A stretch of DNA of 61,472 nucleotides from contig JAUCBJ010002569.1 of NCBI GenBank assembly GCA_032718475.1, forward strand, positions 1 to 61,472, in the 5' to 3' direction. Both the position numbers and the translations under genes were made by a program. Shown here one piece after another: positions 49,717-61,472 of this stretch. Every line of letters starts with the position of its first letter. The stretch's first letter is position 1. This DNA is from Nemertoderma westbladi (Eukaryota > Animalia > Xenacoelomorpha). The notes under the pieces were generated by a model. That model was not told the DNA's origin and did not search any database. It was given only the letters and a program-made list of their open reading frames with translations.

Positions 49717-50429
49717 TTGGAGAGATATGAGATATTAATTTCAAGAAAAATTACGCGATTCCTAAATTTGTACACTACCCGGTTAAAAAGTACGCATGTG
49801 ATGGGATTAGTCCTACAATTGCGCCAATAAAAGATAAGTTATTTTCGGTAAAATAAACTTATCATTTGAGGTTAAGACCCCTAGATTCCTTCCTATAATA
49901 AATGTATAATATATAATGTAGTATATTATGTATCGCATGTCCGAGTTCTCTCGACCTAGTAGTAGTAGTATATTATGTAGGCCTAGAACAACTGTGCTGT
50001 TGACAACAACATACAATAATGTTCTTAATCCAATCGAAAGTAAAAAACGTGTAGGCCTATAACAAATACGGATAAAAATTAACCAATCACATTCAGATTC
50101 AATACATCTGTAATTGATACAAAAGGGTTACTACGTTTCCCATTCTACTGTTCAGAAGCAGCTGTTGAAAGAGGCTAACCCAAAGGTGACAAAATTGCAG
50201 CGAAAAATAAACTCCGTCATAGAGAATACCGCAATTGTGGACCAAATGATTGCAGTCACACTGAAAGATACAATAAAATAATACCCTTTGGATTCCTAAT
50301 CCATGCCTGTATAGATGGTTGGTCCAGAATGGTACTTTAGGCAACAGTAACCAATAACAACCCAAATGTAATAGCTAACTTTCTCCTTGAAGCTCTCAAG
50401 ATCTACGATTGCCGTGGCTTTTAGAAACA

Positions 50430-50531
50430 GATTGTGGTACTGAAAATGGTGCTACGGCTGACACTCAGTGCTACGGCTGACACTCAGGATTGTGGTACTG
50501 AAAATGGTGCTACGGCTGACACTCAGTGCTA
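50430..50531. repeat. Nested short duplications at the left edge of the 682-bp array
   Basis: GATTGTGGTACTGAAAATG occurs at 50430 and 50488; GTGCTACGGCTGACACTCA occurs three times. Confidence 0.9.
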
Positions 50532-53500
50532 CATAAGATGATAATTGATGTTAACGACATACTGACTAACAGGGGGTTGGTATGTATATATTAAATTAAA
50601 TTAAAGGAAGAACAGGAGTCTTACACCCCCAATAAAAAATATAGAATCAGGACATTTAGCCCAAAATATTTCTCGACCCCTAGGGTCATCGAAAGAACAA
50701 CAAACACACAAACACAAACAAATATAAATACATGCTAAACATACAGGTATGTGTCGCAACCCTAACCCTAAGCCTACCCGCCATACACTAAATGATACCG
50801 TTAATAAACTGCACAATAGCTAAGCCTATATTCTATAAGAAAATATATGACAATTTTGTCGCCGTGAAAGGGGTATGACTGAGGCAAAAATAATTAATTT
50901 GTGAAAAATATGGTTGCGTTTCGGTGTCTTGGACCAGTACGCGCTAATCCTCGACACCTCGTCAGCTGGACAGGGAATTAGCCAAGCCTATCTATAATGC
51001 ACCAATGACCTAAAATAATCGCACCATCAACTCTGTTACCACCTAGCCCAAAACAGAAGTCAGACCACAGAACACAGGAACCCTACCCTATAGGCCTATG
51101 GTAAGTAAATATGTTACCAATGGGAAACTGGTGGAATGCTAGGGCACACACACAGTACAAAATTTAAATAAGATTTTATGATTTGCAGTAATGTTGGAAT
51201 TCTGCTCCACTTTCATAAGATGATAATTGATGTTAACGACATACTGACTAACAGGGGGTTGGTATGTATATATTAAATTAAATTAAAGGAAGAACAGGAG
51301 TCTTACACCCCCAATAAAAAATATAGAATCAGGACATTTAGCCCAAAATATTTCTCGACCCCTAGGGTCATCGAAAGAACAACAAACACACAAACACAAA
51401 CAAATATAAATACATGCTAAACATACAGGTATGTGTCGCAACCCTAACCCTAAGCCTACCCGCCATACACTAAATGATACCGTTAATAAACTGCACAATA
51501 GCTAAGCCTATATTCTATAAGAAAATATATGACAATTTTGTCGCCGTGAAAGGGGTATGACTGAGGCAAAAATAATTAATTTGTGAAAAATATGGTTGCG
51601 TTTCGGTGTCTTGGACCAGTACGCGCTAATCCTCGACACCTCGTCAGCTGGACAGGGAATTAGCCAAGCCTATCTATAATGCACCAATGACCTAAAATAA
51701 TCGCACCATCAACTCTGTTACCACCTAGCCCAAAACAGAAGTCAGACCACAGAACACAGGAACCCTACCCTATAGGCCTATGGTAAGTAAATATGTTACC
51801 AATGGGAAACTGGTGGAATGCTAGGGCACACACACAGTACAAAATTTAAATAAGATTTTATGATTTGCAGTAATGTCGGAATTCTGCTCCACTTTCATAA
51901 GATGATAATTGATGTTAACGACATACTGACTAACAGGGGGTTGGTATGTATATATTAAATTAAATTAAAGGAAGAACAGGAGTCTTACACCCCCAATAAA
52001 AAATATAGAATCAGGACATTTAGCCCAAAATATTTCTCGACCCCTAGGGTCATCGAAAGAACAACAAACACACAAACACAAACAAATATAAATACATGCT
52101 AAACATACAGGTATGTGTCGCAACCCTAACCCTAAGCCTACCCGCCATACACTAAATGATACCGTTAATAAACTGCACAATAGCTAAGCCTATATTCTAT
52201 AAGAAAATATATGACAATTTTGTCGCCGTGAAAGGGGTATGACTGAGGCAAAAATAATTAATTTGTGAAAAATATGGTTGCGTTTCGGTGTCTTGGACCA
52301 GTACGCGCTAATCCTCGACACCTCGTCAGCTGGACAGGGAATTAGCCAAGCCTATCTATAATGCACCAATGACCTAAAATAATCGCACCATCAACTCTGT
52401 TACCACCTAGCCCAAAACAGAAGTCAGACCACAGAACACAGGAACCCTACCCTATAGGCCTATGGTAAGTAAATATGTTACCAATGGGGAACTGGTGGAA
52501 TGCTTGGGCACACACACAGTACAAAATTTAAATAAGATTTTATGATTTGCAGTAATGTCGGAATTCTGCTCCACTTTCATAAGATGATAATTGATGTTAA
52601 CGACATACTGACTAACAGGGGGTTGGTATGTATATATTAAATTAAATTAAAGGAAGAACAGGAGTCTTACACCCCCAATAAAAAATATAGAATCAGGACA
52701 TTTAGCCCAAAATATTTCTCGACCCCTAGGGTCATCGAAAGAACAACAAACACACAAACACAAACAAATATAAATACATGCTAAACATACAGGTATGTGT
52801 CGCAACCCTAACCCTAAGCCTACCCGCCATACACTAAATGATACCATTAATAAACTGCACAATAGCTAAGCCTATATTCTATAAGAAAATATATGACAAT
52901 TTTGTCGCCGTGAAAGGGGTATGACTGAGGCAAAAATAATTAATTTGTGAAAAATATGGTTGCATTTCGGTGTCTTGGACCAGTACGCGCTAATCCTCGA
53001 CACCTCGTCAGCTGGACAGGGAATTAGCCAAGCCTATCTATAATGCACCAATGACCTAAAATAATCGCACCATCAACTCTGTTACCACCTAGCCCAAAAC
53101 AGAAGTCAGACCACAGAACACAGGAACCCTACCCTATAGGCCTATGGTAAGTAAATATGTTACCAATGGGAAACTGGTGGAATGCTAGGGCACACACACA
53201 GTACAAAATTTAAATAAGATTTTATGATTTGCAGTAATGTCGGAATTCTGCTCCACTTTCATAAGATGATAATTGATGTTAACGACATACTGACTAACAG
53301 GGGGTTGGTATGTATATATTAAATTAAATTAAAGGAAGAACAGGAGTCTTACACCCCCAATAAAAAATATAGAATCAGGACATTTAGCCCAAAATATTTC
53401 TCGACCCCTAGGGTCATCGAAAGAACAACAAACACACAAACACAAACAAATATAAATACATGCTAAACATACAGGTATGTGTCGCAACCCTAACCCTAAG

Positions 53501-56500
53501 CCTACCCGCCATACACTAAATGATACCGTTAATAAACTGCACAATAGCTAAGCCTATATTCTATAAGAAAATATATGACAATTTTGTCGCCGTGAAAGGG
53601 GTATGACTGAGGCAAAAATAATTAATTTGTGAAAAATATGGTTGCGTTTCGGTGTCTTGGACCAGTACGCGCTAATCCTCGACACCTCGTCAGCTGGACA
53701 GGGAATTAGCCAAGCCTATCTATAATGCACCAATGACCTAAAATAATCGCACCATCAACTCTGTTACCACCTAGCCCAAAACAGAAGTCAGACCACAGAA
53801 CACAGGAACCCTACCCTATAGGCCTATGGTAAGTAAATATGTTACCAATGGGAAACTGGTGGAATGCTAGGGCACACACACAGTACAAAATTTAAATAAG
53901 ATTTTATGATTTGCAGTAATGTCGGAATTCTGCTCCACTTTCATAAGATGATAATTGATGTTAACGACATACTGACTAACAGGGGGTTGGTATGTATATA
54001 TTAAATTAAATTAAAGGAAGAACAGGAGTCTTACACCCCCAATAAAAAATATAGAATCAGGACATTTAGCCCAAAATATTTCTCGACCCCTAGGGTCATC
54101 GAAAGAACAACAAACACACAAACACAAACAAATATAAATACATGCTAAACATACAGGTATGTGTCGCAACCCTAACCCTAAGCCTACCCGCCATACACTA
54201 AATGATACCGTTAATAAACTGCACAATAGCTAAGCCTATATTCTATAAGAAAATATATGACAATTTTGTCGCCGTGAAAGGGGTATGACTGAGGCAAAAA
54301 TAATTAATTTGTGAAAAATATGGTTGCGTTTCGGTGTCTTGGACCAGTACGCGCTAATCCTCGACACCTCGTCAGCTGGACAGGGAATTAGCCAAGCCTA
54401 TCTATAATGCACCAATGACCTAAAATAATCGCACCATCAACTCTGTTACCACCTAGCCCAAAACAGAAGTCAGACCACAGAACACAGGAACCCTACCCTA
54501 TAGGCCTATGGTAAGTAAATATGTTACCAATGGGAAACTGGTGGAATGCTAGGGCACACACACAGTACAAAATTTAAATAAGATTTTATGATTTGCAGTA
54601 ATGTCGGAATTCTGCTCCACTTTCATAAGATGATAATTGATGTTAACGACATACTGACTAACAGGGGGTTGGTATGTATATATTAAATTAAATTAAAGGA
54701 AGAACAGGAGTCTTACACCCCCAATAAAAAATATAGAATCAGGACATTTAGCCCAAAATATTTCTCGACCCCTAGGGTCATCGAAAGAACAACAAACACA
54801 CAAACACAAACAAATATAAATACATGCTAAACATACAGGTATGTGTCGCAACCCTAACCCTAAGCCTACCCGCCATACACTAAATGATACCGTTAATAAA
54901 CTGCACAATAGCTAAGCCTATATTCTATAAGAAAATATATGACAATTTTGTCGCCGTGAAAGGGGTATGACTGAGGCAAAAATAATTAATTTGTGAAAAA
55001 TATGGTTGCGTTTCGGTGTCTTGGACCAGTACGCGCTAATCCTCGACACCTCGTCAGCTGGACAGGGAATTAGCCAAGCCTATCTATAATGCACCAATGA
55101 CCTAAAATAATCGCACCATCAACTCTGTTACCACCTAGCCCAAAACAGAAGTCAGACCACAGAACACAGGAACCCTACCCTATAGGCCTATGGTAAGTAA
55201 ATATGTTACCAATGGGAAACTGGTGGAATGCTAGGGCACACACACAGTACAAAATTTAAATAAGATTTTATGATTTGCAGTAATGTCGGAATTCTGCTCC
55301 ACTTTCATAAGATGATAATTGATGTTAACGACATACTGACTAACAGGGGGTTGGTATGTATATATTAAATTAAATTAAAGGAAGAACAGGAGTCTTACAC
55401 CCCCAATAAAAAATATAGAATCAGGACATTTAGCCCAAAATATTTCTCGACCCCTAGGGTCATCGAAAGAACAACAAACACACAAACACAAACAAATATA
55501 AATACATGCTAAACATACAGGTATGTGTCGCAACCCTAACCCTAAGCCTACCCGCCATACACTAAATGATACCGTTAATAAACTGCACAATAGCTAAGCA
55601 TATATTCTATAAGAAAATATATGACAATTTTGTCACCGTGAAAGGGGTATGACTGAGGCAAAAATAATTAATTTGTGAAAAATATGGTTGCGTTTCGGTG
55701 TCTTGGACCAGTACGCGCTAATCCTCGACACCTCGTCAGCTGGACAGGGAATTAGCCAAGCCTATCTATAATGCACCAATGACCTAAAATAATCGCACCA
55801 TCAACTCTGTTAGCACCAATCCCAAAACAGAAGTCAGACCACAGAACACAGGAACCCTACCCTATAGGCCTATGGTAAGTAAATATGTTACCAATGGGAA
55901 ACTGGTGGAATGCTAGGGCACACACACAGTACAAAATTTAAATAAGATTTTATGATTTGCAGTAATGTCGGAATTCTGCTCCACTTTCATAAGATGATAA
56001 TTGATGTTAACGACATACTGACTAACAGGGGGTTGGTATGTATATATTAAATTAAATTAAAGGAAGAACAGGAGTCTTACACCCCCAATAAAAAATATAG
56101 AATCAGGACATTTAGCCCAAAATATTTCTCGACCCCTAGGGTCATCGAAAGAACAACAAACACACAAACACAAACAAATATAAATACATGCTAAACATAC
56201 AGGTATGTGTCGCAACCCTAACCCTAAGCCTACCCGCCATACACTAAATGATACCGTTAATAAACTGCACAATAGCTAAGCCTATATTCTATAAGAAAAT
56301 ATATGACAATTTTGTCGCCGTGAAAGGGGTATGACTGAGGCAAAAATAATTAATTTGTGAAAAATATGGTTGCGTTTCGGTGTCTTGGACCAGTACGCGC
56401 TAATCCTCGACACCTCGTCAGCTGGACAGGGAATTAGCCAAGCCTATCTATAATGCACCAATGACCTAAAATAATCGCACCATCAACTCTGTTACCACCT

Positions 56501-59500
56501 AGCCCAAAACAGAAGTCAGACCACAGAACACAGGAACCCTACCCTATAGGCCTATGGTAAGTAAATATGTTACCAATGGGAAACTGGTGGAATGCTAGGG
56601 CACACACACAGTACAAAATTTAAATAAGATTTTATGATTTGCAGTAATGTCGGAATTCTGCTCCACTTTCATAAGATGATAATTGATGTTAACGACATAC
56701 TGACTAACAGGGGGTTGGTATGTATATATTAAATTAAATTAAAGGAAGAACAGGAGTCTTACACCCCCAATAAAAAATATAGAATCAGGACATTTAGCCC
56801 AAAATATTTCTCGACCCCTAGGGTCATCGAAAGAACAACAAACACACAAACACAAACAAATATAAATACATGCTAAACATACAGGTATGTGTCGCAACCC
56901 TAACCCTAAGCCTACCCGCCATACACTAAATGATACCGTTAATAAACTGCACAATAGCTAAGCCTATATTCTATAAGAAAATATATGACAATTTTGTCGC
57001 CGTGAAAGGGGTATGACTGAGGCAAAAATAATTAATTTGTGAAAAATATGGTTGCGTTTCGGTGTCTTGGACCAGTACGCGCTAATCCTCGACACCTCGT
57101 CAGCTGGACAGGGAATTAGCCAAGCCTATCTATAATGCACCAATGACCTAAAATAATCGCACCATCAAGTCTGTTACCACCTAGCCCAAAACAGAAGTCA
57201 GACCACAGAACACAGGAACCCTACCCTATAGGCCTATGGTAAGTAAATATGTTACCAATGGGAAACTGGTGGAATGCTAGGGCACACACACAGTACAAAA
57301 TTTAAATAAGATTTTATGATTTGCAGTAATGTCGGAATTCTGCTCCACTTTCATAAGATGATAATTGATGTTAACGACATACTGACTAACAGGGGGTTGG
57401 TATGTATATATTAAATTAAATTAAAGGAAGAACAGGAGTCTTACACCCCCAATAAAAAATATAGAATCAGGACATTTAGCCCAAAATATTTCTCGACCCC
57501 TAGGGTCATCGAAAGAACAACAAACACACAAACACAAACAAATATAAATACATGCTAAACATACAGGTATGTGTCGCAACCCTAACCCTAAGCCTACCCG
57601 CCATACACTAAATGATACCGTTAATAAACTGCACAATAGCTAAGCCTATATTCTATAAGAAAATATATGACAATTTTGTCGCCGTGAAAGGGGTATGACT
57701 GAGGCAAAAATAATTAATTTGTGAAAAATATGGTTGCGTTTCGGTGTCTTGGACCAGTACGCGCTAATCCTCGACACCTCGTCAGCTGGACAGGGAATTA
57801 GCCAAGCCTATCTATAATGCACCAATGACCTAAAATAATCGCACCATCAACTCTGTTACCACCTAGCCCAAAACAGAAGTCAGACCACAGAACACAGGAA
57901 CCCTACCCTATAGGCCTATGGTAAGTAAATATGTTACCAATGGGAAACTGGTGGAATGCTAGGGCACACACACAGTACAAAATTTAAATAAGATTTTATG
58001 ATTTGCAGTAATGTCGGAATTCTGCTCCACTTTCATAAGATGATAATTGATGTTAACGACATACTGACTAACAGGGGGTTGGTATGTATGTATTAAATTA
58101 AATTAAAGGAAGAACAGGAGTCTTACACCCCCAATAAAAAATATAGAATCAGGACATTTAGCCCAAAATATTTCTCGACCCCTAGGGTCATCGAAAGAAC
58201 AACAAACACACAAACACAAACAAATATAAATACATGCTAAACATACAGGTATGTGTCGCAACCCTAACCCTAAGCCTACCCGCCATACACTAAATGATAC
58301 CGTTAATAAACTGCACAATAGCTAAGCCTATATTCTATAAGAAAATATATGACAATTTTGTCGCCGTGAAAGGGGTATGACTGAGGCAAAAATAATTAAT
58401 TTGTGAAAAATATGGTTGCGTTTCGGTGTCTTGGACCAGTACGCGCTAATCCTCGACACCTCGTCAGCTGGACAGGGAATTAGCCAAGCCTATCTCTAAT
58501 GCACCAATGACCTAAAATAATCGCACCATCAACTCTGTTACCACCTAGCCCAAAACAGAAGTCAGACCACAGAACACAGGAACCCTACCCTATAGGCCTA
58601 TGGTAAGTAAATATGTTACCAATGGGAAACTGGTGGAATGCTAGGGCACACACACAGTACAAAATTTAAATAAGATTTTATGATTTGCAGTAATGTCGGA
58701 ATTCTGCTCCACTTTCATAAGATGATAATTGATGTTAACGACATACTGACTAACAGGGGGTTGGTATGTATATATTAAATTAAATTAAAGGAAGAACAGG
58801 AGTCTTACACCCCCAATAAAAAATATAGAATCAGGACATTTAGCCCAAAATATTTCTCGACCCCTAGGGTCATCGAAAGAACAACAAACACACAAACACA
58901 AACAAATATAAATACATGCTAAACATACAGGTATGTGTCGCAACCCTAACCCTAAGCCTACCCGCCATACACTAAATGATACCGTTAATAAACTGCACAA
59001 TAGCTAAGCCTATATTCTATAAGAAAATATATGACAATTTTGTCGCCGTGAAAGGGGTATGACTGAGGCAAAAATAATTAATTTGTGAAAAATATGGTTG
59101 CGTTTCGGTGTCTTGGACCAGTACGCGCTAATCCTCGACACCTCGTCAGCTGGACAGGGAATTAGCCAAGCCTATCTATAATGCACCAATGACCTAAAAT
59201 AATCGCACCATCAACTCTGTTACCACCTAGCCCAAAACAGAAGTCAGACCACAGAACACAGGAACCCTACCCTATAGGCCTATGGTAAGTAAATATGTTA
59301 CCAATGGGAAACTGGTGGAATGCTAGGGCACACACACAGTACAAAATTTAAATAAGATTTTATGATTTGCAGTAATGTCGGAATTCTGCTCCACTTTCAT
59401 AAGATGATAATTGATGTTAACGACATACTGACTAACAGGGGGTTGGTATGTATATATTAAATTAAATTAAAGGAAGAACAGGAGTCTTACACCCCCAATA

Positions 59501-61472
59501 AAAAATATAGATTCAGGACATTTAGCCCAAAATATTTCTCGACCCCTAGGGTCATCGAAAGAACAACAAACACACAAACACAAACAAATATAAATACATG
59601 CTAAACATACAGGTATGTGTCGCAACCCTAACCCTAAGCCTACCCGCCATACACTAAATGATACCGTTAATAAACTGCACAATAGCTAAGCCTATATTCT
59701 ATAAGAAAATATATGACAATTTTGTCGCCGTGAAAGGGGTATGACTGAGGCAAAAATAATTAATTTGTGAAAAATATGGTTGCGTTTCGGTGTCTTGGAC
59801 CAGTACGCGCTAATCCTCGACACCTCGTCAGCTGGACAGGGAATTAGCCAAGCCTATCTATAATGCACCAATGACCTAAAATAATCGCACCATCAACTCT
59901 GTTACCACCTAGCCCAAAACAGAAGTCAGACCACAGAACACAGGAACCCTACCCTATAGGCCTATGGTAAGTAAATATGTTACCAATGGGACACTGGTGG
60001 AATGCTAGGGCACACACACAGTACAAAATTTAAATAAGATTTTATGATTTGCAGTAATGTCAGAATTCTGCTCCACTTTCATAAGATGATAATTGATGTT
60101 AACGACATACTGACTAACAGGGGGTTGGTATGTATATATTAAATTAAATTAAAGGAAGAACAGGAGTCTTACACCCCCAATAAAAAATATAGAATCAGGA
60201 CATTTAGCCCAAAATATTTCTCGACCCCTAGGGTCATCGAAAGAACAACAAACACACAAACACAAACAAATATAAATACATGCTAAACATACAGGTATGT
60301 GTCGCAACCCTAACCCTAAGCCTACCCGCCATACACTAAATGATACCGTTAATAAACTGCACAATAGCTAAGCCTATATTCTATAAGAAAATATATGACA
60401 ATTTTGTCGCCGTGAAAGGGGTATGACTGAGGCAAAAATAATTAATTTGTGAAAAATACGGTTGCGTTTCGGTGTCTTGGACCAGTACGCGCTAATCCTG
60501 GACACCTCGTCAGCTGGACAGGGAATTAGCCAAGCCTATCTATAATGCACCAATGACCTAAAATAATCGCACCATCAACTCTGTTACCACCTAGCCCAAA
60601 ACAGAAGTCAGACCACAGAACACAGGAACCCTACCCTATAGGCCTATGGTAAGTAAATATGTTACCAATGGGAAACTGGTGGAATGCTAGGGCACACACA
60701 CAGTACAAAATTTAAATAAGATTTTATGATTTGCAGTAATGTCGGAATTCTGCTCCACTTTCATAAGATGATAATTGATGTTAACGACATACTGACTAAC
60801 AGGGGGTTGGTATGTATATATTAAATTAAATTAAAGGAAGAACAGGAGTCTTACACCCCCAATAAAAAATATAGAATCAGGACATTTAGCCCAAAATATT
60901 TCTCGACCCCTAGGGTCATCGAAAGAACAACAAACACACAAACACAAACAAATATAAATACATGCTAAACATACAGGTATGTGTCGCAACCCTAACCCTA
61001 AGCCTACCCGCCATACACTAAATGATACCGTTAATAAACTGCACAATAGCTAAGCCTATATTCTATAAGAAAATATATGACAATTTTGTCGCCGTGAAAG
61101 GGGTATGACTGAGGCAAAAATAATTAATTTGTGAAAAATATGGTTGCGTTTCGGTGTCTTGGACCAGTACGCGCTAATCCTCGACACCTCGTCAGCTGGA
61201 CAGGGAATTAGCCAAGCCTATCTATAATGCACCAATGACCTAAAATAATCGCACCATCAACTCTGTTACCACCTAGCCCAAAACAGAAGTCAGACCACAG
61301 AACACAGGAACCCTACCCTATAGGCCTATGGTAAGTAAATATGTTACCAATGGGACACTGGTGGAATGCTAGGGCACACACACAGTACAAAATTTAAATA
61401 AGATTTTATGATTTGCAGTAATGTCGGAATTCTGCTCCACTTTCATAAGATGATAATTGATGTTAACGACAT
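50532..61472. repeat. 682-bp tandem array, 16 full near-identical units, continuing past the window end
   Basis: CATAAGATGATAATTG recurs at 50532+682k (51214 ... 61444). Only scattered substitutions between units. Confidence 0.99.
50916..50982 (-). ncRNA. Non-circularly permuted hammerhead ribozyme candidate, first of 16 copies at +682k (last 61146-61212)
   Basis: Minus strand reads GCTAATTC-CCTGT-CCAG-CTGACGA-GGTGTC-GAGGATTAGC-GCGT-A-CTGG-TCCAA-GACACC-GAAACGC. All core nucleotides and stems I, II and III are present. Confidence 0.8.

Larger units (their letters stand above)
48773..49907. mobile_element. Retrozyme/SINE-like insertion: inverted partial monomer plus two tandem ~408-bp monomers, with 12-bp TSD
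   Basis: 48773-49081 is the reverse complement of part of the monomer. Forward copies at about 49087-49494 and 49495-49907. AATATATAATGT occurs at 48761-48772 and 49908-49919. Confidence 0.9.

Noticed and set aside
51079-51185. Possible spliced-leader RNA gene in the 682-bp unit (AACC...ATG|GTAAGT)
   Set aside because: A donor-like site exists, but there is no canonical Sm site (only GATTTTATG) and no clear SL stem-loops. Reconsider only if mRNA 5' ends carry AACCCTACCCTATAGGCCTATG.
50601-61046. 71-aa ORF repeated 16 times
   Set aside because: Non-ATG start, low-complexity TG/TTAGGG-derived residues, and repeated only because the DNA unit is repeated.

Overview
Eukaryotic (most likely invertebrate animal), AT-rich, transposon-dense window. 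In order: (1) the RT half and 3' UTR of a CR1/L2-group LINE (+); (2) a 10.4-kb satellite of an 18-bp palindrome-containing monomer with higher-order structure; (3) a 3'-truncated LINE of a related family on the minus strand (ORF1, PHD, APE), fused directly to the satellite; (4) a Bel/Pao LTR retrotransposon with an uninterrupted gag-pol, a duplicated structured RNA-like element and unknown accessory ORFs downstream; (5) decayed RTE- and CRE-like non-LTR fragments and two MITEs; (6) a 3-exon ABCC4/MRP4-like host gene (-); (7) a 1.1-kb TSD-flanked insertion of tRNA-headed monomers, each carrying a minimal type I hammerhead ribozyme; (8) an array of at least 16 near-identical 682-bp units. The top finding is in (8): every unit carries, on the minus strand, a complete hammerhead catalytic core whose three strands are in a non-circularly permuted (pseudoknotted) order, with an extra fourth helix. 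All structures were paired by eye and none has been computed or tested.
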